Positions 39,960 through 49,232 of a DNA stretch of 64,000 nucleotides are shown piece after piece; the first letter of the stretch is position 1; every line of letters begins with the position of its first letter. Under the pieces are notes generated by a model. That model was not told where the DNA came from, did not search any database, and worked only from the letters and a program-made list of their open reading frames with translations. A program made the position numbers and the translations under genes. This DNA is from a phage, in the NCBI GenBank assembly GCA_018027755.1, contig GCA_018027755.1_4098.1; one strand, written 5' to 3'.

Positions 39960-41093
39960 TTAAGGTTTATTTTTATAATTAATTTCTACATAGTTACGTT
40001 GTGTTCCAGTATATCCTGGAACATTCCCTATATTTCCATTACCTGCACCAAACAGACGTTCTCCGACTGCAAAATATGTCCCATAGAAACAACCATCAAA
40101 CACAGGAACATCATTATAATTTGATATGTAATTATCCATTGAATCCATTCTAGTGTATGCAGTCAGAGTTACATTTGTACCTATACCATATGCACCATAA
40201 GGGTTAGTACCAGCAACATAATACCCAGTGGGTGTACATATTACTGGTGAATTTGCCCCTGATCTCGTGTGGATAAATCTAAATGTACCTTCAGGTACTG
40301 GTGCTTCTTTACTGAATAATGTTGTAGCTACTACTGGGTAATCAATACCATAACTATTACCACTCAACCACGTTTTACCATCACTATCTTTGAATAATGA
40401 ACAGGATTGTGTGCATCCGAACAGATTCAAATTGGTTACATTTGGAAATTTACTAATTTGTGTATATACCAGAACTGTGGTTGCGGCAGCACTACCAAGT
40501 TGTCCACGACCATTATCACCCGCACTGTACATGTACCCATCGGTCTTTAATATTATACTAGCGTTTCCTAAAATATCAAAATCAACAACATCCGTTTGTG
40601 TTAATGTAGCTATAGGATAACGAAAATTCACTGCCTCACCAGTACCAAATTGACAATTGGTGTTTACCCCACATCCATATAAGTTGCCGTTTTGCATTAA
40701 TATAAACAAACCTGTTGTCATTTTAATTTTCTTAATATTAAGAATATCTATATCTTGGAATATGTGTGTTACATTTACAAATGTGGTTGAGTTAACAGTA
40801 CTTGAACCATAATAAGAACCGTTCCCGCTACCAAAGAATTCATCGCCTTTTCTGTACATTGCACATAGACTGCCACCCCATACATCATCAACTCCAGTGT
40901 CAATTTGAATAACTGAAGTAACACTAGTTGTTGCACCAGTGCCAAGTTCACCACCTGAATTGAATCCAAAACCATACAAATCTCCACTTTCGGTGAGCAC
41001 CAAAACACTGTTATTGGTTGTGCATGAAATCTTTTTGATATTATTAGATGGTCTTTTATTTCCGTACTTAACCATTCTTGCAAAAGGTAACAT
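39960..41093 (-). CDS. RCC1-like beta-propeller repeat protein, MLPF-family paralog (377 aa)
   Basis: MLPFARMVKYGN; RCC1-type motifs YGCGVNTNCQFGTGEA and YSAGDNGRGQLGSAA. Confidence 0.8.
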   Translation of the reverse strand: MLPFARMVKYGNKRPSNNIKKISCTTNNSVLVLTESGDLYGFGFNSGGELGTGATTSVTSVIQIDTGVDDVWGGSLCAMYRKGDEFFGSGNGSYYGSSTVNSTTFVNVTHIFQDIDILNIKKIKMTTGLFILMQNGNLYGCGVNTNCQFGTGEAVNFRYPIATLTQTDVVDFDILGNASIILKTDGYMYSAGDNGRGQLGSAAATTVLVYTQISKFPNVTNLNLFGCTQSCSLFKDSDGKTWLSGNSYGIDYPVVATTLFSKEAPVPEGTFRFIHTRSGANSPVICTPTGYYVAGTNPYGAYGIGTNVTLTAYTRMDSMDNYISNYNDVPVFDGCFYGTYFAVGERLFGAGNGNIGNVPGYTGTQRNYVEINYKNKP

Positions 41094-41140
41094 GATTTCT
41101 CTCCTTTATCCATTATACTATATTTAATACAAATAAGAAA

Positions 41141-41159
41141 GCCAGTACAGAGTACTGGC
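41141..41159 (-). terminator. junction terminator hairpin
   Basis: gccagtactctgtactggc. Confidence 0.6.
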
Positions 41160-41166
41160 TTTTACA

Positions 41167-42357
41167 TTACAATTGTCTAGGTGTATCCAGAACATATCTA
41201 TTTGTTTTAGGACCACCATCATCATAAGTTCCGGTTGAATATATATTTTTCATATCAGCAGTTAGGAAAGTACGTAACGACCCTCGATATATTTTTATTT
41301 TATCATACATAGAATATGTTATTTCTGACGGCAATGGACATGCAGTAAATTTACCAATGGTAACATTAGAACCAACACCCAATGAACCAGCATAACTACT
41401 CGCATTTAAACCTGTTGCATATACACCAGTACTCGTAACTAGTATACTAGATTGTGCTGGGTATCCAGTATGGATTGAATAATAAGTACCGGGTGGTAAT
41501 GTAGCACTATTATTTCCTAAAACTCCATTAACAGTGCTAGATGTAGTTTTATTTCCCCATGCCCCATTATTAGCGTTACCACCTACTAGGAACTGACGTG
41601 CTCCTGTACTTGGATTCTCTACTAAAGCACTGACAGCACCAAATGAACAAACAGTATATTGTAATGTTTTTGTATATGTGGTACTTGGCTTATACAAAGT
41701 ATATTCATTAAATGGTGTCCATGTGGTACTAGTACTTATGCCAGATGTACTACCACCAATATATAAATTATTTTGTGTATCAAAAAACATTGCACAGTAA
41801 TTTGTTGACTGTATTTGTGCAATATCTACATCTGGTGTTACCGCTTTAACAAATGAACCATCTGATATTTGATAAGTAGTTCCTGTACCATCTGCGAATT
41901 GTCTAGCACTATTCCACCCTGTACTCCATATTGTATTATTATCCATTAAGAAAGTAAACCATGTAGTACCTGCATACATCTGTTTAATTGAAGTACTTGA
42001 ACTTTGTTTGTACAATTTTTCAATATATTGGTTATAACTTAAAAATGATGTAGTACTAGTTTCTAAACCAATATGACTACCATATCCACAATAAAAATAA
42101 TTTAAGTCCTTATCTTGAACTAACAAAGTTCCTTGTGTCATCCAGCAATCTTTGACATTTTCTCTAATTAATGTCCACGACCTTACTGCATTATTATTTC
42201 CTCTACCAAACTTCCCAAAACTATTACTGCCTCGTGCGTATAGTTGACCGTCGGTATAAAGTACAACAACCTCAGTATCAGTTGGTATTATTTTCTTAAT
42301 TTGTAGTGGTACAGGCACAATATTCCCATAATTCATCATTCTTGCAAAAGGTAACAT
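41167..42357 (-). CDS. RCC1-like beta-propeller repeat protein, MLPF-family paralog (396 aa)
   Basis: MLPFARMMNYGN; about 90% identical over the body to the copy at 45612..46802. Confidence 0.8.
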   Translation of the reverse strand: MLPFARMMNYGNIVPVPLQIKKIIPTDTEVVVLYTDGQLYARGSNSFGKFGRGNNNAVRSWTLIRENVKDCWMTQGTLLVQDKDLNYFYCGYGSHIGLETSTTSFLSYNQYIEKLYKQSSSTSIKQMYAGTTWFTFLMDNNTIWSTGWNSARQFADGTGTTYQISDGSFVKAVTPDVDIAQIQSTNYCAMFFDTQNNLYIGGSTSGISTSTTWTPFNEYTLYKPSTTYTKTLQYTVCSFGAVSALVENPSTGARQFLVGGNANNGAWGNKTTSSTVNGVLGNNSATLPPGTYYSIHTGYPAQSSILVTSTGVYATGLNASSYAGSLGVGSNVTIGKFTACPLPSEITYSMYDKIKIYRGSLRTFLTADMKNIYSTGTYDDGGPKTNRYVLDTPRQL

Positions 42358-42403
42358 AATTCCCCTCCTTATTCATTATACTATATTTAATACAAATAAG
42401 AAA

Positions 42404-42422
42404 GCCAGTATCAAGTACTGGC
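42404..42422 (-). terminator. junction terminator hairpin
   Basis: gccagtacttgatactggc. Confidence 0.6.
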
Positions 42423-42436
42423 ATAGTTTTATAGTA

Positions 42437-43546
42437 TCATTTCGGCATTGTAATTGCAGACCATGAGTTCGTGGTAATAGGACCTGGCACATACAAAAAA
42501 GAACCACAAGCATAAATTTGATTATTACCATCAAATACTATACTAAAATGTGCACATGTGTATAATGCTGATTTTTCTGGGTTGTAATTATCTAAAGTTA
42601 GTGTATTGGTGAATCTACTCAAACCACCACCAGAACCATTTCTACCAAATTCACCAGTACTATATATCTTTCCTTCGGTTGTTGCGTACATATTAACATA
42701 TGAAGTTGCACTTGATTTTGATATTTTATGTATCTTACTATCAATAGTAGTGGAGTTAAATGCAAATGGATATACTTGTGTGTTCGTTGTAATACCGTTA
42801 CCAAGTTGACCAACATACTGCCAACCTGCGTTGTATATATTGCTGGCTGAATAAGCAAGAGTACCAGTACTGTTACCACCAAATAGTTTAACACTTGTTA
42901 ACCTTCTTACTAGTGTAGTATACTGTCCGGGACTTACGCCAAGTGAACCATACCCACTGCTCCCGCAACCGAGAAGTTCATTATTTGATGTTAATATTAA
43001 TGTGTTATTCTGTGTACCCAATATATCAAGGACTGTATTAGCTCCGGTATTAACAACTGAAACAAAAGTACTCTGAGCCGTGGAATACCCACCACCGAGT
43101 GAATAGTTACCATTCATGCCTCTACCATAAACAATCGAACCACTAGCATCAACGTAGTGCATTGTATCTGCACCAATTGATATCATTTTAATATTAGATA
43201 TATGTGGAAATGAAGAAGTAACATTCAAACCACCCAACGGAATCATAGTATTTCCTGTGCCTAATTGTGTGGTAACTCCATGCATTATGAATTCTTCACC
43301 CTTGAGATAAAGAATATTGTACGCACCAGCCCATGCATCAGTAACACCTTCTGAAATTAATATCCAAGTATTTCTTGTTGCTGTATTTTCAACGTTTAAC
43401 TGCAAATACGTATTAACCCCACAACCATAAAGTGAGCCATCGCCATAGAGGACGTACAAATTATCAAGACCGCACAGTACTTTCTTTATCTTTGGAGCTT
43501 CAGGTGCAATATTTCCGTACTTAACCATTCTTGCAAAAGGTAACAT
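42437..43546 (-). CDS. RCC1-like beta-propeller repeat protein, MLPF-family paralog
   Basis: True start taken at MLPFARMVKYGN (43546) after AGGAG; only ~8 nt after the upstream gene's stop. Confidence 0.75.
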   Translation of the reverse strand: MLPFARMVKYGNIAPEAPKIKKVLCGLDNLYVLYGDGSLYGCGVNTYLQLNVENTATRNTWILISEGVTDAWAGAYNILYLKGEEFIMHGVTTQLGTGNTMIPLGGLNVTSSFPHISNIKMISIGADTMHYVDASGSIVYGRGMNGNYSLGGGYSTAQSTFVSVVNTGANTVLDILGTQNNTLILTSNNELLGCGSSGYGSLGVSPGQYTTLVRRLTSVKLFGGNSTGTLAYSASNIYNAGWQYVGQLGNGITTNTQVYPFAFNSTTIDSKIHKISKSSATSYVNMYATTEGKIYSTGEFGRNGSGGGLSRFTNTLTLDNYNPEKSALYTCAHFSIVFDGNNQIYACGSFLYVPGPITTNSWSAITMPK

Positions 43547-43554
43547 ATTCACTC

Positions 43555-44730
43555 CTATTCTGGTAAAATCATTTTCTTCATTTTAACTTGTTGTGTACCT
43601 GGACTCTGTTCCTGAAACATAGACCCGTTACCACACCAGTACACCTCATTAGTACCCACTAACGCGTATAACACACCAGAACCACCTTGTACTGAAAATG
43701 CATTAACATCTGGTGCAACATCCATATCCTCATATTGTACCTGGTGGTAATAAGATCTTTCTGATGCAGTAGTAACAGGCCAACCAAGAGGAACACCACT
43801 ACCACATGTATAAAGTTTACCATTCTGTGTCATTGCCATTATAAAATAATTCAAACTGTGATTGTTCATCGACCCAGCATCTGGTATAATACCACTAATT
43901 GCAGGAGTGGTACTAAATGGACTCATGATAATAGTAGTGTCGCCATACCCTATTCCTAAACAATAATCAGTGTTTTTTCCAGCAGTATATACATTAATCT
44001 TATTTCTATTGGATGTAAGTACTGAAGTGGTTTCAGGAGTACATGAAATACCAATAACTGTTCCAGATATATCAGTACTTACCGTAAATGTCGAAAGTTT
44101 AGAAGAACCTGACCCTAAGTTGTAACTTGCGTTATTCCCACATCTGTAGTATTGATTATTTTTAACATAATGGAAAGCATCCCCAGCCGTTGTTCCCGCA
44201 ATTATAGTAACTCCAGTAGCAATCTGAATTGGCGTTGTTTTTCTACCAGTAACACCCAATGCACCTCCTGTATTACGCCCAATCCCATATAAGTCCCCAT
44301 TACTTAACAAAATCAATAACGCACCATTTGATGCAGTAGTTTCAGTAGCAGCTATATCTACTACTGTAGTAAGTGCTGGTATTGTAGACAATAAAGATGT
44401 GATATTAGTCCATCCAGGAACTGGTGATGCAGATACACCGACATAACCCATTTGACCAGCTAAGTAAAATTCTCCGTCAGTCGTAAGTATAATTGTTGCT
44501 GCAAAGAAGCACCAAACATTAGAAACTTTATATGGACACTGTACCCACCCATTTTGCACATACGCAGTGCTATTATTTCCTAGCATATAGTGTGCACCAT
44601 TTCCACGTAGATATAAGTTACCACTATCAAATAACATACCCATATGTGATGGAGATGTACTTATCTTCATAACACCTGAAGGTGCTGGAACTCTGTTTCC
44701 GTACTTAACCATTCTTGCAAAAGGTAACAT
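43555..44730 (-). CDS. RCC1-like beta-propeller repeat protein, MLPF-family paralog
   Basis: Start at MLPFARMVKYGN (44730); the track's MNKGGN extension is the RBS read as codons. Confidence 0.75.
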   Translation of the reverse strand: MLPFARMVKYGNRVPAPSGVMKISTSPSHMGMLFDSGNLYLRGNGAHYMLGNNSTAYVQNGWVQCPYKVSNVWCFFAATIILTTDGEFYLAGQMGYVGVSASPVPGWTNITSLLSTIPALTTVVDIAATETTASNGALLILLSNGDLYGIGRNTGGALGVTGRKTTPIQIATGVTIIAGTTAGDAFHYVKNNQYYRCGNNASYNLGSGSSKLSTFTVSTDISGTVIGISCTPETTSVLTSNRNKINVYTAGKNTDYCLGIGYGDTTIIMSPFSTTPAISGIIPDAGSMNNHSLNYFIMAMTQNGKLYTCGSGVPLGWPVTTASERSYYHQVQYEDMDVAPDVNAFSVQGGSGVLYALVGTNEVYWCGNGSMFQEQSPGTQQVKMKKMILPE

Positions 44731-44775
44731 ATTTCCTCCTTTATTCATTATACTATATTTAATACAAAAAGAAAT

Positions 44776-44794
44776 GCCAGTATCAAGTACTGGC
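44776..44794 (-). terminator. junction terminator hairpin
   Basis: gccagtacttgatactggc. Confidence 0.6.
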
Positions 44795-44801
44795 CTATAT
44801 T

Positions 44802-45539
44802 TTAGACTGAATTGTTAGGATAATATCTCCCACGTCCCCATATTATTCGCACAGCACCACCACCAGCAGCCGTATAAGAAAAATTATCCCATATACTACC
44901 ACCACCACCATACATCTTACCAGCACCACCACTACCAGCACCACCATTATATGAACCATCGTATCTACCGCCAATACCATTAGCACCTTGAACAATGATA
45001 CCAGTACCACCACCCGTACCAATGAACGAGGTATTATAGAATGCACCACCACCACCGCCGCCGCCAGCACCATTTTCACCAGTGATTGCATCTCCGTTAC
45101 CACCTTTACCAGTGTAGCCACCAGCACCACCACCAATGACTGCACCACCACTTACACCAGCGTTGCCCCCATTACCACCACCATCATTAATAGCGTTAGC
45201 AGCTTTCCCACCTAGTCCACCAACCCTATATTCACCAGTGAAGCTAACACATAGTTTTTCAGTTCCACGATATAAACCGTTTTCAACTGCTGTAGTAGTG
45301 TTGGGATGTGTAAGAGAAACACTTAAGTACTCACCACTAGTAACCGGAATATTATTACGCCACGATAAGCCGCCGCCAGCACCACGTTGACCACCCGGCG
45401 AAATAACACATACTGATATTTCGGTAACGCTAGCAGGAACTGTAAATTGTGTTGTTCCTATTGTCGTGATTAATTGTTCACCATGTGGCTTATATTCAAT
45501 TTCATTCCCGTACTTAATCATTCTTCCAAAAGGTAACAT
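44802..45539 (-). CDS. glycine-rich MLPF-family protein (245 aa)
   Basis: MLPFGRMIKYGN followed by long poly-Gly runs (GGNGGNAGVSGGAVIGGGAGGYTGKGGNG...); no Gly-X-Y periodicity. Confidence 0.7.
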   Translation of the reverse strand: MLPFGRMIKYGNEIEYKPHGEQLITTIGTTQFTVPASVTEISVCVISPGGQRGAGGGLSWRNNIPVTSGEYLSVSLTHPNTTTAVENGLYRGTEKLCVSFTGEYRVGGLGGKAANAINDGGGNGGNAGVSGGAVIGGGAGGYTGKGGNGDAITGENGAGGGGGGGAFYNTSFIGTGGGTGIIVQGANGIGGRYDGSYNGGAGSGGAGKMYGGGGSIWDNFSYTAAGGGAVRIIWGRGRYYPNNSV

Positions 45540-45586
45540 AATTCCCTCCTTTATTCATTATAATATATTTAATACAAAAAAGAAAA

Positions 45587-45605
45587 GCCAGTACAAAGTA
45601 CTGGC
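45587..45605 (-). terminator. junction terminator hairpin
   Basis: gccagtactttgtactggc. Confidence 0.6.
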
Positions 45606-45611
45606 ATTATA

Positions 45612-46802
45612 TTATAACTGTCTTGGAGTATCCAGTACATATCTATTTGTACGAGGACCACCATCATCATCAGTTCCTGTTGAATATATATTTTTCATAT
45701 CAGCAGTTAGGAAAGTACGATACGAACCGCGATATATTTTAATTTTATCATACATAGAATATGTTATTTCTGACGGCAATGGACATGCAGTAAATTTACC
45801 AATGGTAACATTAGAACCAACACCCAATGTGCCAGCATAACTACTCGCATTTAAACCAGTTGCATATACACCTGCACTCGTAACTAGTATACTAGATTGT
45901 GTTGGGTATCCAGTATGAATTGAATACAAAGTACCGGGTGGTAAGGTTGTACTATTATTTCCTAAAACTCCATTAACAGTGCTAGATGTAGTTTTATTTC
46001 CCCATGCTCCATTATTAGCTAATCCACCAACTAGAAACTGACGTGCTCCTGTATTTGGATTCTCCACCAAAGCACTGACTGAACCCATTGAGCATCCAGT
46101 GTATTGTAACGTTTTTGTGTATGTGGTACTTGGCTGATATAAAGTATATTCATTATATAAAGTCCATGTAGTGCTGGAACTTATACCGGATGTACCACCA
46201 CCAATATATAAATTATTTTGTGTATCAAAAAACATTGCACAGCTATTTGTTGACATTATTTGTGCAATATCAACATCTGGTGTTACAGCTTTAACAAATG
46301 AACCATCGGTTATTTGTTGAGTTTTTCCAGTACCATCAGCGAATTGTTTAGCCCCACTCCACCCAGTACTCCATATTGTATTATTATCCATTAAGAAAGT
46401 AAACCATGTAGTACCTGCATACATCTGTTTAATTGAAGTACTTGAACTTTGTTTGTACAATTTTTCAATATATTGGTTATAACTTAAAAATGATGTAGTA
46501 CTAGTTTCTAAACCAATATAACCACCATAGCCACAATAAAAATAATTTAAGTCCTTATCTTGTACTAACAAAGTTCCTTCTGACATCCAACAATCGTTAA
46601 CGTTTTCTCTAATTAATGTCCATGTTCTTAATGCAGTGTTGTTTCCTCTCCCAAACTTCCCAAAACTATTATTGCCTCGTGCGTATAGTTGACCATCAGT
46701 ATAAAGTACAACAACATCACTATTGATTGGTATTATTTTCTTAATTTGAAGAGGCTCAGGTGTAATATTTCCATAATCAAACATTCTAACAAAAGGTAAC
46801 AT
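45612..46802 (-). CDS. RCC1-like beta-propeller repeat protein, MLPF-family paralog
   Basis: Start at MLPFVRMFDYGN (46802); near-duplicate of 41167..42357. Confidence 0.8.
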   Translation of the reverse strand: MLPFVRMFDYGNITPEPLQIKKIIPINSDVVVLYTDGQLYARGNNSFGKFGRGNNTALRTWTLIRENVNDCWMSEGTLLVQDKDLNYFYCGYGGYIGLETSTTSFLSYNQYIEKLYKQSSSTSIKQMYAGTTWFTFLMDNNTIWSTGWSGAKQFADGTGKTQQITDGSFVKAVTPDVDIAQIMSTNSCAMFFDTQNNLYIGGGTSGISSSTTWTLYNEYTLYQPSTTYTKTLQYTGCSMGSVSALVENPNTGARQFLVGGLANNGAWGNKTTSSTVNGVLGNNSTTLPPGTLYSIHTGYPTQSSILVTSAGVYATGLNASSYAGTLGVGSNVTIGKFTACPLPSEITYSMYDKIKIYRGSYRTFLTADMKNIYSTGTDDDGGPRTNRYVLDTPRQL

Positions 46803-46848
46803 ATTTCCTCCTTTATTCATTATACTATATTTAATACAAAAAAGAAAA

Positions 46849-46867
46849 GCCAGTATCAAGTACTGGC
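46849..46867 (-). terminator. junction terminator hairpin
   Basis: gccagtacttgatactggc. Confidence 0.6.
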
Positions 46868-46873
46868 CTATAT

Positions 46874-48043
46874 TTAAACTGGCGAATCTAATATAAATTC
46901 TAAACTACTAATGCCACCATATGTGACATCTGTTCCCGTGCTATATACAAAATTACCATCAGTTATATAAGTTCGGTTATAACTACCTGCCATCTGTGAC
47001 TTACTATAATCAAACCCATCAGGTACGATTGCTTTGGTATATACTAATGCATTAGTAGATGTACCAATACCTAACATACCAGCTTGTGTAGATTGATTGT
47101 AGCCGCAACAATATATACCATCTGTTGTAGCAATAACTTGGTTATAATATGAAGTATTGTTAGCAATGCTTACTACATCACCAGGTGGCATTAGTGATGC
47201 TGTTTGTACCTCAAATGCTCTATAATCTTTGAGAGAACCATCTTTCCCATCTGCTTGTGCACCAAATATTCTTGAACCACCATTTGCGATGATAGTTTTA
47301 CCAGTGGGATCAGTGCCTATTGCCATTGCCATTGAAGTACCATTATTCACATAGTACTTTATATTAATTGTATTACTTAAGCTGGTAGGAGCACCATAAT
47401 ATATATTATATAACTTACTTCCTGAACTTGTAACTGCATTGACTCTTCCTGTATAAAATAACCATCCTTGGTTTGTAACATAACCGTGCATTAAATTACT
47501 TGCAAACAATTTAACAGGTAATTGATTTGCTGCGGTAGGAACAGTACTTTTGACGAATCTACCAGAAACATGGTTAATTGTTGTCCCATCACCCAACTGA
47601 CCATCCGACCCTACTCCAGTACTCCATATTGTTTGGTCTGATAGTAACACACTTGTAGTCTGATAACTAACGGCTATATCTAATATTGGTAATGTTAATG
47701 TATTGAATATAGGCATAGCAGATGTCCATATTGATACTCCTGACCCTTTCATACCAACAGTTGTTGAACTTCCACTGTACCATATTTCATTATTGCTTTT
47801 CTTAACAACTATCGACGTGGCTCCCATCCAAAAATCTTCAACACCAGAAGTACTAAAAGTCCATGTAGTAACAGTATTTTTGTGACCTAAACCCAAAATA
47901 CCATATGCATTATCACCACGCACATATAAATCACCACTGTTTGTTAAAACAGCAACATTATAGTTGTTAGCAAGTATTTTTTTAATATTTGGTTTAGCAG
48001 GTGCAATATTCCCGTAATCAAACAATCTCACAAAAGGTAACAT
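46874..48043 (-). CDS. RCC1-like beta-propeller repeat protein, MLPF-family paralog
   Basis: Start at MLPFVRLFDYGN (48043); motifs YVRGDNAYGILGLG and WSTGVGSDGQLGDG. Confidence 0.8.
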   Translation of the reverse strand: MLPFVRLFDYGNIAPAKPNIKKILANNYNVAVLTNSGDLYVRGDNAYGILGLGHKNTVTTWTFSTSGVEDFWMGATSIVVKKSNNEIWYSGSSTTVGMKGSGVSIWTSAMPIFNTLTLPILDIAVSYQTTSVLLSDQTIWSTGVGSDGQLGDGTTINHVSGRFVKSTVPTAANQLPVKLFASNLMHGYVTNQGWLFYTGRVNAVTSSGSKLYNIYYGAPTSLSNTINIKYYVNNGTSMAMAIGTDPTGKTIIANGGSRIFGAQADGKDGSLKDYRAFEVQTASLMPPGDVVSIANNTSYYNQVIATTDGIYCCGYNQSTQAGMLGIGTSTNALVYTKAIVPDGFDYSKSQMAGSYNRTYITDGNFVYSTGTDVTYGGISSLEFILDSPV

Positions 48044-48088
48044 AATTCCTCCTTTATTCATTATACTATATTTACCCCAAAAAGAAAT

Positions 48089-48108
48089 GCCAGTACTTGA
48101 GTACTGGC
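48089..48108 (-). terminator. junction terminator hairpin
   Basis: gccagtactcaagtactggc. Confidence 0.6.
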
Positions 48109-48114
48109 ATTATG

Positions 48115-49224
48115 TTATTTTGGTAAATCAATTTTAGTAAAGACTGCAACATCTGCACTTGCACCTGGAATGGCGTAATACGATCCAGTACTATATACAT
48201 TCCCGTCTTTGGTTAATAATGATGTTAATCCGTCACTAAAAGCAACATCACTAATCTCACTAACTTCTACAGGTAATTGTAAATTAGCAGCACTATAGAT
48301 AGCACCCGTTTGAGAATTGTTTAATCCCAAACCACGGTTTCCCCCAATACCTTTCTGATATGCACTAGTTAATATAATTTGCGTAGCCGTGCTTGTTGCC
48401 TCTGAATTTGTCATAAACAAAGGTGAATTATTAGGTAAAGTACTTACAGGAACTGCTTTGAATGTAGTTGAATCTGAACTAAGAAAGTTTGGAGTTGTAC
48501 CACATGTGAAATATGATGTACCATTATAGTAATTGAGTGTATGTCCACCAATAGCTGCATCTATTACACCAGAACTACGCAGTCCCCAAATGTTAACTTG
48601 TGTTCTGTTCCCTGTGCCATGTAATCCACGGTCATTCCACCCTGAACTATATAACTTATTATCTATGCTAATATACATACTATCATTAGGAGTAGACATA
48701 ACTTTACGCACATTAGAAGCACATAGTGTTAATGTATATATTGATGAAGAACCAATCCCCAATACACCACGGTATCCATTAGCCCCAGCACCATAGAGTA
48801 CTGAACTTGAACTGAGTACAAATATTACACCACCATTGCATACAATATTAGCAATTTGATTCACAGGAATTGTATTTGTAAACCACTCCGTTCTATCAAC
48901 TAATGTAGTACTGTAAGAAGTTGTTGATGATGATGTGAACCAAAATGTTTCACCTGATGTCCATATCGTATTGTCATTTTTAATAATAACAAGTGTTCGT
49001 CCTCCAGTGAAAAAATTAGAAACATCTGCACTTACTAATGTCCAAGAAGATACCGTGTTTTTATTACCATTTCCAGATTCACCACCTTGATTTCTGCCTA
49101 TGTAATACAATTCATGTGAATCAGTCAATACGAATTGACCTTGAGTAGAAGCACCAACTTTAATTATATTTTTAGGACCAGAGGTAATATTCCCATAATC
49201 AAATAGTCTTACAAAAGGTAACAT
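48115..49224 (-). CDS. RCC1-like beta-propeller repeat protein, MLPF-family paralog
   Basis: Start at MLPFVRLFDYGN (49224) after AGGAGG; ~8 nt after the upstream gene's stop. Confidence 0.75.
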   Translation of the reverse strand: MLPFVRLFDYGNITSGPKNIIKVGASTQGQFVLTDSHELYYIGRNQGGESGNGNKNTVSSWTLVSADVSNFFTGGRTLVIIKNDNTIWTSGETFWFTSSSTTSYSTTLVDRTEWFTNTIPVNQIANIVCNGGVIFVLSSSSVLYGAGANGYRGVLGIGSSSIYTLTLCASNVRKVMSTPNDSMYISIDNKLYSSGWNDRGLHGTGNRTQVNIWGLRSSGVIDAAIGGHTLNYYNGTSYFTCGTTPNFLSSDSTTFKAVPVSTLPNNSPLFMTNSEATSTATQIILTSAYQKGIGGNRGLGLNNSQTGAIYSAANLQLPVEVSEISDVAFSDGLTSLLTKDGNVYSTGSYYAIPGASADVAVFTKIDLPK

Positions 49225-49232
49225 AATTCCTC

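Noticed and set aside
7248-42894. Numerous short opposite-strand or alternate-frame ORFs embedded in longer genes (for example 7248..7502, 8039..8272, 9109..9408, 27189..27449, 28523..28994, 42619..42894)
   Set aside because: Each lies wholly within a longer ORF with better start context; in an AT-rich genome antisense ORFs of this size are expected by chance.
44843-45390. ORFs 44843..45151 (-), 44988..45215 (+) and 45136..45390 (+) inside the glycine-rich gene
   Set aside because: They are alternative-frame or opposite-strand readings of low-complexity GGT/GGC-rich DNA; the MLPF-initiated frame with the conserved junction is the credible gene.
44802-45539. Collagen-like protein
   Set aside because: Glycines are clustered, not in Gly-X-Y triplet periodicity.
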